In this document: positions 19,249 to 29,554 of the stretch, one piece after another
Layout of the letters: each line of letters begins with the position of its first letter
Position numbering within the stretch: the first letter of the stretch is position 1
Sequence record: DRR378314_808
Direction: 5' to 3' (one strand)
Length of the DNA stretch: 32,091 nt
Program-made: the position numbers and the translations under genes
The notes under the pieces: generated by a model
The model's database searches: none
What the model saw: only the letters and a program-made list of their open reading frames with translations
Told to the model about the DNA's origin: nothing

Positions 19249-20547
19249 ATGACCTCCCTAAAGATTTTATCCATTATAGGTGTTGTCGGAACCTTGGCAT
19301 TTGGCATGTTGGTAGAGTGTGATAGCCCGAATCAAAATAAAACCAAACCTCGAATATTGATCAGCTCGGACATTGGAGGAACCGATCCCGATGATTTTCA
19401 GTCCATGATCCATTTATTAATGTATTCCGACCTTTTCCAAATCGAGGGTCTGATTTCTTCTCCTTTCGGCAACGGTCGTATAAAGAATATTCTGGATATG
19501 ATCGACCTTTATGAAAAGGATTTACCAGCGTTAAAACGACATGTCCCTAACTTGTCCCATCCAGATTCACTGAGGGCCGTTTGCAAACAGGGAACAAAAT
19601 TAGAGGCACCATATAAAGGATATAATAAGGCTACGGAAGGTTCGGAATGGATCATTAAATGTGCCAATAAAACAACTGACCAACCCCTATGGATTTTGGT
19701 TTGGGGCGGTTTGGAAGATTTGGCACAGGCACTACATGATGCTCCTGGAATTGAGAAAAAAATTAGAGTATATTGGATAGGTGGTCCAAATAAAAAATGG
19801 AGCATCAATGCCTATGCCTACATCGCCAAAAATCACCCTAACCTATGGATGATCGAGGCGAATGCCACTTATAGAGGTTGGTTCATGGATTCTGAATCAC
19901 CCAACAAATTTAAAGGCAAATCCTATTACAACAACTTCATCCAAGGAAGGGGGGCCTTAGGAAAAAATTTCAAAAATCACTATAACGGCGAAATTAAAAT
20001 GGGCGACACACCTTCCTTGGCCTATCTGATGAATGGTGATGCAGATAATCCTACAGGCGAAAGTTGGGGCGGAAGTTTTACCCCGATCAAAAATAGCTCA
20101 CGAATTATTTTTGAAGGAAACAGCAGCAAGAAAGATACGGTAGCCGCCTATGCCGAATTGGAATGGAGATTTAAAGGGCCCGACCTGCCCATTCCACAAG
20201 ATTCCAGTTGTTTTACATTCGAGATTTCTAATCAGTCATGGCCTGGATATTATCTTGGCAATGGAATTTATGGTGTACGCTACTCCTCCAAAAAACCGGA
20301 AACCGGTAGCTATTCCACCAAAAGTGCCATACCTGAATTGGATGCCCAAAAAGGTCAGTTTGTAAGTACAACTCCATGGCCAGGAAAAGCGACTCCAGAT
20401 GATTATCCATTGGGTTCCAATTGGTACAGTGACAGGTCATCCCCTGACCTATTTATCAAAGAACAGCAAGGTGCAAAAACAATTTCAAAACATCGGGAAG
20501 CCTTTTTATCGGACTGGGCCAAAAGGTGGCAATCTATAACCAAATAA
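19249..20547 (+). CDS. DUF1593 nucleoside-hydrolase-like exported protein with an internal inserted domain (paralogue 2)
   Basis: N-terminal hydrophobic signal; [31 protein letters not shown]; terminal [12 protein letters not shown]. Confidence 0.87.
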   Translation: MTSLKILSIIGVVGTLAFGMLVECDSPNQNKTKPRILISSDIGGTDPDDFQSMIHLLMYSDLFQIEGLISSPFGNGRIKNILDMIDLYEKDLPALKRHVPNLSHPDSLRAVCKQGTKLEAPYKGYNKATEGSEWIIKCANKTTDQPLWILVWGGLEDLAQALHDAPGIEKKIRVYWIGGPNKKWSINAYAYIAKNHPNLWMIEANATYRGWFMDSESPNKFKGKSYYNNFIQGRGALGKNFKNHYNGEIKMGDTPSLAYLMNGDADNPTGESWGGSFTPIKNSSRIIFEGNSSKKDTVAAYAELEWRFKGPDLPIPQDSSCFTFEISNQSWPGYYLGNGIYGVRYSSKKPETGSYSTKSAIPELDAQKGQFVSTTPWPGKATPDDYPLGSNWYSDRSSPDLFIKEQQGAKTISKHREAFLSDWAKRWQSITK

Positions 20548-20552
20548 AAAAG

Positions 20553-21977
20553 ATGAAAATAAACAACCTCATTGCAATAGCTGGCATGGCCTTATTGACC
20601 ATTTCCGCCATTGCCCAAGAAAAACCAAGAGTATTTGTCCTTACCGATATAGAAAATGAACCGGATGATGCCATGTCAATGGTGCGTTTTTTGGTATATG
20701 CCAATCACTATGACATTGAAGGATTGGCCGCTACAACATCTGTTCACCAACAAAACAAGGTTGCTACATACCGTATTCAGGAAATCGTAAATGCTTACGC
20801 TAAGGTACGGGATAACCTTGAAAAACATGAATCAGGATTTCCTACGGGAGATTATTTAAAGTCCAGGATAACCGAAGGATTACCAGAGTACGGAGTACAA
20901 GCCGTTGGGCCTGGAAAAGATTCCCCGGCCTCCGAATTATTGATCAAAGCCGTAGACAAAAAAGACTCAAGACCGGTTTGGGTAACGGTTTGGGGCGGAC
21001 CAAATGTACTGGCTCAGGCACTTTGGAAGGTACGGGAAACACGTTCAAAAAAAGACCTGGAACAATTTGTCAAAAAATTAAGGATTTACACTATTTCCGA
21101 TCAGGACGACAGTGGACCATGGATCCGTAAGGAATTTCCAGAACTATTCTTTATTGTAAGTCCAGGTTTTAATGCTGGTGGCGGTTATCATCATGCTACA
21201 TGGAGCGGAATAAGCGGTGATTTTTTTCATGCCCGTTGTGACGGAGCCGATTTTAGCACCGTCACAAACGAATGGCTAGATCAAAATATTCGAAAGAAAG
21301 GCCCTTTGGGTGCCGAGTACCCAATGTGGGATTATTTAATGGAAGGAGACACACCCTCATTCCTTGCCTTGATCAATAATGGCTTAAGTTATCCCGAACA
21401 CCCGGAATGGGGTGGCTGGGGAGGTAGGTACGAATATTACACCCCAAGGATGCAAAAGTGGTTTTTATCTCCAGAGACCAGACCCATCTTTTCCAATGCT
21501 GAAGATGAAGTCTTAGGTATTGATGGCCGATGGCACTCGGGCAACCACGAAACCATATGGCGTTGGAGGGAAGATTTTCAAAACGATTTTGCCGCCAGAA
21601 TGGATTGGACTATCCTGCCATATGAAAAGGCAAACCACCCTCCTGTAGCCAAACTTGGACATGCACAAACACTTCTCGCTAAAAAAGGCGACAAAGTACA
21701 ATTAAGTGCAAAAGGATCTAGCGATCCCGATAACGATGCCCTTTCGTACCAATGGTTTACGTACGAAGAAGCTGGGACATTTTCTGTTTCTAGTGCACGC
21801 AGTGGACAGCCCGTGGAAATTCAAAACTTTGATCAGCCAGAAGCTTGGTTCACTGTTCCAACAAAACGCGTAGGGGGTTCCGGAACAGGAACATTGCATG
21901 TCATCCTCAAGGTCACAGACCATGGCGCACCTCGATTAACCCGATATCAACGTGTGATAGTCAATATTGAAGAGTAA
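20553..21977 (+). CDS. DUF1593 nucleoside-hydrolase-like exported protein with C-terminal Ig/PKD-like domain (paralogue 3)
   Basis: Signal peptide [61 protein letters not shown]. Confidence 0.9.
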   Translation: MKINNLIAIAGMALLTISAIAQEKPRVFVLTDIENEPDDAMSMVRFLVYANHYDIEGLAATTSVHQQNKVATYRIQEIVNAYAKVRDNLEKHESGFPTGDYLKSRITEGLPEYGVQAVGPGKDSPASELLIKAVDKKDSRPVWVTVWGGPNVLAQALWKVRETRSKKDLEQFVKKLRIYTISDQDDSGPWIRKEFPELFFIVSPGFNAGGGYHHATWSGISGDFFHARCDGADFSTVTNEWLDQNIRKKGPLGAEYPMWDYLMEGDTPSFLALINNGLSYPEHPEWGGWGGRYEYYTPRMQKWFLSPETRPIFSNAEDEVLGIDGRWHSGNHETIWRWREDFQNDFAARMDWTILPYEKANHPPVAKLGHAQTLLAKKGDKVQLSAKGSSDPDNDALSYQWFTYEEAGTFSVSSARSGQPVEIQNFDQPEAWFTVPTKRVGGSGTGTLHVILKVTDHGAPRLTRYQRVIVNIEE

Positions 21978-21987
21978 CAAATACAAA

Positions 21988-23442
21988 ATGAAAAATATTC
22001 TTTATTCAAGTTTCATAGTTCTGTTTTTGGCCTTTCATACCCCAGTAAATGGTCAGAGCCAAAAACAACGTATAATCATAACCTCAGATGGTGAAATAGA
22101 CGATGAGTGTTCCATGGTTAGATTTTTACTTTACGCCAATGAGTGGGATGTTGAGGGCATTGTAACCTCAAGTTCCCAATATCATTGGCATGGCCACAAA
22201 TGGGCGGGAGATGACTGGATAGACCCCTATATGGAAGCCTATGCCAAGGTATACCCAAACCTGATCAATCACAGCAAGGATTACCCTACACCCCATTATT
22301 TAAAATCGATTAATTTCCTTGGAAATGTTGAAAGTGAAGGGGAAATGGACTCCATTACCCCAGGATCTATACATATTGCGAATGTTCTTTTGGATGAATC
22401 CGATGACAGACCCATCTGGATACAGGCTTGGGGAGGCACCAACACCATTGCCAGGGCCTTAAAAACCATTGAAGAAAAACATTTTGACAAGATGGCATAT
22501 GTTGCCAAAAAATTGCGTTTTTTCTTTATATGGGAACAGGATGACACCTATCAATCTTACATTCGTCCACATTGGGGCAAATACAATATCCCCACTATTA
22601 TAAGTGATCAGTTTTGGGCCGTCGCCTATCAATGGGACAAAATAATGCCCTCGGATAAACAGAAATATTTTAATAGCGAGTGGATGAAAGCGAATATCCT
22701 GGAAGATCATGGCCCTCTGTGTTCCCTATACGAAGCGTATAAAGGTGGTAATGATAAGGAAGGGTTTATTGCGGGCGATGCCAAATCCAAAGGGGATTTT
22801 AGATCTGAAGGGGATTCGCCAGCGTTTATTTACACTATCCCAACAGGTCTCCGCTCTATGGAATCGCCAGACTTTGGAGGCTGGGGCGGTCGCTATATCA
22901 ATGTTCGGGAAAATACTTGGCTGGATCCTGTTCCGCAAGCAGATTACCACTACCCAGAAGGACGATGGTACACCAAAACAGCATGGGGCAGAAACTATAT
23001 GCGAAACGATTATCCTAAAAATTTAGATTTAATGAATGCCTATTTTAAACCTATTACCCGATGGGCAGATGCATTACAGAACGACTTTGCCGCTAGGGCC
23101 GATTGGTGTACAAAACCTTATGATGAAGCTAACCACCCTCCCATTGTAAAACTGAATAGCGCTCTGGATATTGAGGCAAAACCTGGCAGTAAAATTAAAT
23201 TAAACGCCAAAGGAACACTGGATCCCGATGGTGATCAACTAAGCTACTCCTGGTGGCAATACCAAGAAGCCGGTACCTTTAAAGGGAACATTGAAATACC
23301 AAATGCCCAAAAGCAAAATACTTTCTTTAAAATCCCAACAAATGCCGAGAAAGGTGAAAATATACACATCATATGCGAAGTAACGGACAATGGTACACCA
23401 GCGCTAACCAGATACCAGCGCATAGTTGTTACAATTAAATAA
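21988..23442 (+). CDS. DUF1593 nucleoside-hydrolase-like exported protein with C-terminal Ig/PKD-like domain (paralogue 4)
   Basis: Signal peptide VNG/Q; ITSDGEIDD, WGGTNT, EGDSPAF, GGWGGRY, QNDFAARADW, DPDGD, LTRYQR. Confidence 0.9.
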   Translation: MKNILYSSFIVLFLAFHTPVNGQSQKQRIIITSDGEIDDECSMVRFLLYANEWDVEGIVTSSSQYHWHGHKWAGDDWIDPYMEAYAKVYPNLINHSKDYPTPHYLKSINFLGNVESEGEMDSITPGSIHIANVLLDESDDRPIWIQAWGGTNTIARALKTIEEKHFDKMAYVAKKLRFFFIWEQDDTYQSYIRPHWGKYNIPTIISDQFWAVAYQWDKIMPSDKQKYFNSEWMKANILEDHGPLCSLYEAYKGGNDKEGFIAGDAKSKGDFRSEGDSPAFIYTIPTGLRSMESPDFGGWGGRYINVRENTWLDPVPQADYHYPEGRWYTKTAWGRNYMRNDYPKNLDLMNAYFKPITRWADALQNDFAARADWCTKPYDEANHPPIVKLNSALDIEAKPGSKIKLNAKGTLDPDGDQLSYSWWQYQEAGTFKGNIEIPNAQKQNTFFKIPTNAEKGENIHIICEVTDNGTPALTRYQRIVVTIK

Positions 23443-23737
23443 TATCAAAAATGGTAAACCAAGGAATTTATATAGGGCGATTAAAAAACTATATTCTATA
23501 TAATCCGCGAATTAAATCCTTGGATCGGCGATGGCCAGTTTATTTACCATTCCTATTGATGAGCCTAAAAGTTGGCACACAAAATCAATCACCTGCCACA
23601 TATGTCAATATCGAATAAGATGAAGTTTCCGATCATAAACAGCTCCTGTATATCCATGAGTCCAACGAAAAAGTGGTCTGGTCTTAGCTTGACTCAAAGA
23701 AACTCTTAAAACCCTACCCAACTAAAACAAAAGAAAA

Positions 23738-25246
23738 ATGAACTCAATAAAAACCACTACTAAAGTATTCAGCTCCTTCCTAAAAAGGTTATTGTTTGTC
23801 GCATTAACTAGTTTGTCCCTTGTTGCAACCTCCCAAACACCTTGGCAAAATGGTGCGTTGGAAGTTTCTTCCAATGGACATTATATACAACATACAAATG
23901 GAAGCCCATTTCTATGGATAGCGGATACCGGATGGGGCATGGTACAGCAATTGACCAGGGAAGAAATTGACCTTTACCTGGATAATCGACAAAAACTTGG
24001 TTTTACGGTTATACAAACCGTAGCATTCTGGTATCCACATGGAGGAGGAATGGAAATGGGACCGCATAATGCAGCCAACACCTATGGTTTTCGACCTTTT
24101 AGCGGTAGCGAAGATAGACCAAATACCTCTGAACCACTGGTGGTTTCAGGTGGAGGCCCGTCCGCTCCCAACGATTATTGGGACCATATGGACTATGTGG
24201 TCCAGGCGATTAAAAAAAGAGGGCTGTACCTAGCTCTACTGCCCTGCTGGGGCCGTGCCTATATTACCCCCCAAATGGGAGGGGCCCAACAAGAATTCAC
24301 AGAGGAGGAAGCTCGTACTTATGGTGGTTTTTTAGGCAAACGATACAAAGACGAACCTAATATTATCTGGGTTCTAGGAGGCGATGCAAAAGCCCAAATT
24401 GATGGATATGACAAAAACGCCAACCTTCAGCAATGGGACAGGCGCAATGTTTTTCGCGCCATGGCGGAAGGCATAGTGCAGGGTGTTACTGGCCAACGTC
24501 CGAAATGGAATGAAAAACACTCCGCATGGAACAAGGTCTTCATTACTTTCCACCCTGATGGGGACGCCCCGGATAATTCTTCAAAATGGTTTCATTCAGA
24601 TCAATGGCTTAGGGCAAATGGAGTTGAAGTCTGGCGCGAACTTGATCAGGTCTATCCAACAATGTTAGGTGATTACCAATTGAACAAACCCGTTAAACCA
24701 AGTCTTTTTTTAGAAGGCTCATACGAATACGGTTCCTATCGCCATGTATGTGGTTGGGTTACACCGGTAAAAATTAGACGCCAATTTTATCAAACCTTCT
24801 TTGCAGGGGGAGCGGGTCATACTTACGGCGCAGGCCCCATCTGGTCCATGCGGGGAAATGAGGGGGATTACAATTGCGGTTATACCTGGCAGCAAGCGTT
24901 GGATTTTCCTGGTGCTATACAAATAACCAGTGTGGCCAAAAGATTTTTAATGGACCACAAGTGGCACCAATGGATACCCAATGGGAATAGTATCTTAGGA
25001 ATTGGCGAAAGGGAAAACCTAAAAACTGCCGTGACCACGGAATCGAACGATATGGTAATCGTCTATTTCTCGAACAACTCAAATTGTGAGGTTACCAATA
25101 TACTAAAAAAGGATGCCGAAGCTTATTGGTTCTATCCTAGAGATGGCCAAAAGGAAAACATAGCCGACTTTAAAGTAAATGAGTCCCGTGATATGATTCC
25201 GCCCAACGGGTGGGAAGATGCCATTTTGGTTCTTCGGGTTGATTAG
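23738..25246 (+). CDS. GH140 (DUF4038) apiosidase-like glycoside hydrolase
   Basis: Signal peptide ATS/Q; PFLWIADTGW, YLDNR..LGFTVIQ, PNIIWVLGGD, TFHP, EGSYE, AGGAGHTYG, C-terminal WFYPRDG...DAILVL domain. Confidence 0.85.
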   Translation: MNSIKTTTKVFSSFLKRLLFVALTSLSLVATSQTPWQNGALEVSSNGHYIQHTNGSPFLWIADTGWGMVQQLTREEIDLYLDNRQKLGFTVIQTVAFWYPHGGGMEMGPHNAANTYGFRPFSGSEDRPNTSEPLVVSGGGPSAPNDYWDHMDYVVQAIKKRGLYLALLPCWGRAYITPQMGGAQQEFTEEEARTYGGFLGKRYKDEPNIIWVLGGDAKAQIDGYDKNANLQQWDRRNVFRAMAEGIVQGVTGQRPKWNEKHSAWNKVFITFHPDGDAPDNSSKWFHSDQWLRANGVEVWRELDQVYPTMLGDYQLNKPVKPSLFLEGSYEYGSYRHVCGWVTPVKIRRQFYQTFFAGGAGHTYGAGPIWSMRGNEGDYNCGYTWQQALDFPGAIQITSVAKRFLMDHKWHQWIPNGNSILGIGERENLKTAVTTESNDMVIVYFSNNSNCEVTNILKKDAEAYWFYPRDGQKENIADFKVNESRDMIPPNGWEDAILVLRVD

Positions 25247-25257
25247 TAAAATATAAA

Positions 25258-26655
25258 ATGAGGAACATGAAACAAATAGTTTTAGCAATAGGGCTTGTAT
25301 TAATTGGACTAAATGCATGCGCACAACAGCTGGCTTTCCCCACCGCTGAAGGGTACGGAAAATATACCGTTGGCGGCCGCGGAGGAGAAGTTTATGAAGT
25401 TACTAATATTAAAGATAGTGGTGAAGGAAGCCTACGTTCCGCCATTGAGGCCAAAGGACCAAGAACCATAGTATTCAAGGTTTCAGGAACCATAAAACTG
25501 GAAAGTGATCTTCGAATTGAAAATCCTAACATTACCATAGCAGGCCAAACAGCACCTGGAGATGGAATTACCTTAAGGGGACGCCCACTTCTGATAGATG
25601 CTGATGAGGTTATCATCCGCTATATTAGAGTACGTCTTGGGGATGAATCAGGTGACGAAACAGATGCCATCTCAAGTAGATATACCAATAATCTCATTTT
25701 AGATCATGTTTCCGCAAGTTGGAGTATTGATGAAACCATGTCTATCTACCATGGCAAGAACGTTACGGTGCAATGGTGCATAATTGCTGAAAGTCTTTAT
25801 AAATCCAATCACCAAAAAGGCAATCATGGCTTTGGAGGCATCTGGGGATCCGATTATAGCACCTACCATCACAATTTAATTGCCAATCATTCCAATCGCA
25901 ACCCGCGTTTTGCTTCGGGATGTGGAAATGTTGACTACAGGAACAATGTAATATATAACTGGGGTTATGAGTCAGCCTACGGGGGTGAAGTGGCCCAGGT
26001 GGGCAATACCAAATTCAACTTTTCCAATATTAATATGGTGGCAAATTATTATAAGGCCGGGCCAGCCACAGTACCGGGCGAAATTAGACACCGTATAGTA
26101 GCACCATGGTCACGCAATAAGGCGGACGATTACGGGAAATGGCATGTTTCGGGCAATGTGGTTGAGGGCAACCAGTGGGTGTCAGAGAATAATTGGCTTG
26201 GAGGTGTTCAGCCACAGGACGGCAGCGAATATATTAAGGGGCTTAAACTAGAACAACCATGGCCGACAATAGCCATTCAGCAGCAGCTGCCCGAAGAAGC
26301 CTATGCTTTGGTTCTTAAAAATGCCGGAACAACCTTGCCAAAACGTGATGCAGTAGATCTCCGTATTATTAACGAAGTAAAAAATGGCGCTGCGACTTTT
26401 GAAGGATCGACCTATAAAAAGGATCATAAAATTGCAGATCTATCAAATAAAAGTGGCATTATTGATTCCCAAAATGATGTTGGGGGTTGGCCAGAATTAA
26501 AAAGTCTGCCTGCCCCAATAGATACCGATCATGATGGTATGCCCGATGTTTGGGAAAAAGAAAACAATCTTGATTACAATAATGTCACTGACAGAAACAC
26601 CATGACCTCCGATGGTTATACTATGCTGGAAAAATATTTAAATTCCATTAAGTAG
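25258..26655 (+). CDS. PL1 pectate lyase (Bacteroidota type)
   Basis: AFPTAEGYG...GGRGG, TIAGQTAPG, DHVSASWSIDE, RNPRF, NNVIYNWG, C-terminal DTDHDGMPDVWE. Start at 25258 or 25267. Confidence 0.92.
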   Translation: MRNMKQIVLAIGLVLIGLNACAQQLAFPTAEGYGKYTVGGRGGEVYEVTNIKDSGEGSLRSAIEAKGPRTIVFKVSGTIKLESDLRIENPNITIAGQTAPGDGITLRGRPLLIDADEVIIRYIRVRLGDESGDETDAISSRYTNNLILDHVSASWSIDETMSIYHGKNVTVQWCIIAESLYKSNHQKGNHGFGGIWGSDYSTYHHNLIANHSNRNPRFASGCGNVDYRNNVIYNWGYESAYGGEVAQVGNTKFNFSNINMVANYYKAGPATVPGEIRHRIVAPWSRNKADDYGKWHVSGNVVEGNQWVSENNWLGGVQPQDGSEYIKGLKLEQPWPTIAIQQQLPEEAYALVLKNAGTTLPKRDAVDLRIINEVKNGAATFEGSTYKKDHKIADLSNKSGIIDSQNDVGGWPELKSLPAPIDTDHDGMPDVWEKENNLDYNNVTDRNTMTSDGYTMLEKYLNSIK

Positions 26656-26996
26656 AAATTGCACTGCCCCAATTTTAAAAATTACAATCAAACAACAATC
26701 TATATATTAAAAAATCAAGTTCTACCAACAGGAGATGTATATAGCCATCCAAAAAAAGTAGCCCATATTTTCAAATAGTTGCCTAACGACATTGAACTTT
26801 TTTAAAACTATTCCTTCTTTTCCTAACTATAAGAAAATCCTTGACTGTAAAAGCCATTCATGATAACGCATTAAATATAAACTTCTAAATTCTTATGTTG
26901 ACTTTCATTATGATTTTTGACTAGCTGAATTTCAGTGCCAAAATCAAGAACTAAAAGCAAACTAAATTCTATTATGAAAAGTTTTTATTTTATCTA

Positions 26997-29399
26997 TTAG
27001 GGTTTGAGTTGAAAAATCCTTTTAAGTCTGATATCCTCGGAACTAGCCCCGATCAATACTTCAAATTCTCCCGGTTCCACCGTCCAGTTCATTTCCCTGT
27101 CAAGCAGTTGTAAGTCTTCTGGTCTTAAGGTGAAATTTACAGTTTTGGTATCACCCGGATTTAAGGTAATACGCTCAAAACCTCTGAGTTGTAGTTCATA
27201 CACGATCACACTACTCACCAAATCCTTGAAATAGAGTTGTACGACCTCATCGCCCTTTACTTTTCCGGTGTTCGTTACGTCAACGGATACCGTAATCTGC
27301 TGCTGCGTTTTGCCTATCTCTGGGGTTATCTTTAAGTTTTTGTAGTGAAACTGCGTGTAACTCAATCCGAAACCAAATGGGTAAAGCTCACCAACAACGG
27401 AGGTTTTGCCGGTGCCGTTAGGACCCGATGAAGGCTGACCAACTTGCGAACTTGGTTTGTATGGAAAATTTAACTCTAATTGCCCCACAGATCTCGGAAA
27501 GGTTATCGGTAACTTTCCTCCCGGGTTGTAATCGCCGAATAAGGTCTGGGCGATCGCATTTGGGCCTTCCACATTTGGGAACCATGCTTCCAATATGGCC
27601 GGGATGTATTGATTCTCCCAATTGATGGTCAAGGGTCTTCCATTTATAAGGACAAGTACTATGGGTTTACCTGTTGCTTTAAGGGCTTGTAACAATTGAA
27701 ACTGTCTTCCCGGTAGCCCCAGACTTGTTCTGGATCGGCTTTCCCCACAGCGTTTTTCATCCTCGCCCATTACGGCAATAATTACATCAGATAGGTTGGC
27801 TTTGGCTACTGCAGTATCTATCATTTGTTGCTCCTTATTTGAAAGTGGGATGGGGATGATTTCACTCTCAGGCCAGGCCTCATCGACTACTTCGCAGCCT
27901 AGCGAGAAGTCCACATTAGCTTTACTACCAACATAGTTCTGAATGCCTTCCAACACACTTTTTACTTCTAAATTTTGAGGACCATATCGACTCACATAGA
28001 CAGACTTGTCAACAGCCAAAGGACCTGTGACCAAGATATTGTCCAGTTTATTGAGGTTGAGGGGTAAAGCATTATTCTCGTTCTTAAGAAGAACCAATGA
28101 CTCTTTTGCCATTTGTAGCACAAAGTCTTTGGTATTATTGGCTACAATCTTATCTGCAGCTTTGGTATCCTTTACAAAGGGCTCATCAAAAAGTCCCAGT
28201 TCAAATTTCACCCTTAAAACATCTCTTACATTACGATCAAGGGTTGCCATTGAAAGTTCCCCATCATTGACCAGTTCCCTTAAAGGCAGAATGTAATCTT
28301 GGGGTGGGGTAAAGTGGGTCCGCACATTTAAGCCTGCTTCTGCAACCTGTCTTACACCTTCTTTATAATCCTCGGCCACATGATGTTTTCTATAAAGAAA
28401 CTCAACGGCCTCGCTATCAGAAACCACATACCCATTGAAGCCGTACTCCTGACGCAGCAGTTCCGTAAGAAAATAATAGCTCCCGCTCACCGGTATCCCA
28501 TCATAATCATTGTAGCTGCTCATCACCCCTTTTGGGTGGGCTTCTCCAATCACTCTTTTGTAAGGATACAAATGCATCTGATGGAGTTCTCTTGGAGCTA
28601 CATGAGGGTCGGTTCGGACCCTACCATCTCTTCCGCCTTTTGGTACGCTGTATACCGCATAATGCTTTAATGTAGAAGCCACACCCTGTGACTGAATACC
28701 TTTGACCATTTGGATGCCGAGTTCGGAAACCAAAAAAGGATCTTCTCCATAACACTCGACTACTCTACCCCATCTTGGGTCTCTGGCTAAATCTAATATT
28801 GGAGCATATATATTGGTGTACCCCAAAGCTTTTCCTTCCTTTCCTACTATCCCACCTGCCTGTCTGACCAAATTTTTATTCCAGGTACTACCAATGGCTA
28901 TTGGGGATGGAAGCGGGGTTGCTTTATCATGGTTGAGTCCGTGAATACCTTCGTTGGTAAAGTCTACTGGTATGCCCAAACGTGTTTCTTCAATAAACCA
29001 CTTTTGAATGGTATTAATGGCCTCTGCATGTTTGCTGTACGGATAGGAATACTGCGTGGACTTCAAACCATTGAGCTGTTCGTCTATGTTGGCAATACCA
29101 TCTTTCCACACCTCGTTTTTCCAACCGGGAGTTGGCAATTCATCTTTTAAAACCCGCTTGTAGCCATAAAGCGTAGCACATTGAGCTGTTTTTTCGTCCA
29201 CATTCATCTGACTCAATAAATCCTCGACTCTGGCATCAATTTCAGCTTCCGGATCCTCGAAAATATCTTTCTGACTGTTCTTATTAAAGTCAATCCAGCC
29301 TTTTTGGTAAATCGACTTCTTTTGGGCAAAGGACAAGCAGCTTATTAGCAAGCAAATCCCAAAAACAAATAATCTCTTTTGCATTATCATGGGCTTCAT
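26997..29399 (-). CDS. GH3 beta-glycosidase (glucosidase/xylosidase type) with Fn3-like C-terminus
   Basis: TRLGIP, EGIHG, RDPRWGR..ECYGEDP, LKHY, VVSD (nucleophile), LVLLKN, YPFGFGLSYT, EVVQLY. Confidence 0.95.
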   Translation of the reverse strand: MKPMIMQKRLFVFGICLLISCLSFAQKKSIYQKGWIDFNKNSQKDIFEDPEAEIDARVEDLLSQMNVDEKTAQCATLYGYKRVLKDELPTPGWKNEVWKDGIANIDEQLNGLKSTQYSYPYSKHAEAINTIQKWFIEETRLGIPVDFTNEGIHGLNHDKATPLPSPIAIGSTWNKNLVRQAGGIVGKEGKALGYTNIYAPILDLARDPRWGRVVECYGEDPFLVSELGIQMVKGIQSQGVASTLKHYAVYSVPKGGRDGRVRTDPHVAPRELHQMHLYPYKRVIGEAHPKGVMSSYNDYDGIPVSGSYYFLTELLRQEYGFNGYVVSDSEAVEFLYRKHHVAEDYKEGVRQVAEAGLNVRTHFTPPQDYILPLRELVNDGELSMATLDRNVRDVLRVKFELGLFDEPFVKDTKAADKIVANNTKDFVLQMAKESLVLLKNENNALPLNLNKLDNILVTGPLAVDKSVYVSRYGPQNLEVKSVLEGIQNYVGSKANVDFSLGCEVVDEAWPESEIIPIPLSNKEQQMIDTAVAKANLSDVIIAVMGEDEKRCGESRSRTSLGLPGRQFQLLQALKATGKPIVLVLINGRPLTINWENQYIPAILEAWFPNVEGPNAIAQTLFGDYNPGGKLPITFPRSVGQLELNFPYKPSSQVGQPSSGPNGTGKTSVVGELYPFGFGLSYTQFHYKNLKITPEIGKTQQQITVSVDVTNTGKVKGDEVVQLYFKDLVSSVIVYELQLRGFERITLNPGDTKTVNFTLRPEDLQLLDREMNWTVEPGEFEVLIGASSEDIRLKRIFQLKP

Positions 29400-29554
29400 A
29401 TTCTATGTCTATATTTTCTTTAAATGAATTGCATTTCCCTCCCAATAGGTCGGCTCTTGAACGCATAAACGCGTTAGTGCATTGACCTTGGAACAGCTTA
29501 ATAGGGTTACAAAGAAAGATATCAGTATTTTATTCATGGTATTTGACTGCTTTT

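Noticed and set aside
18971-19252. 93-aa plus-strand ORF with a Phe-rich segment
   Set aside because: TTG start. It runs across the divergent promoter, and its hydrophobic stretch is just the translation of the T-rich tandem repeat.
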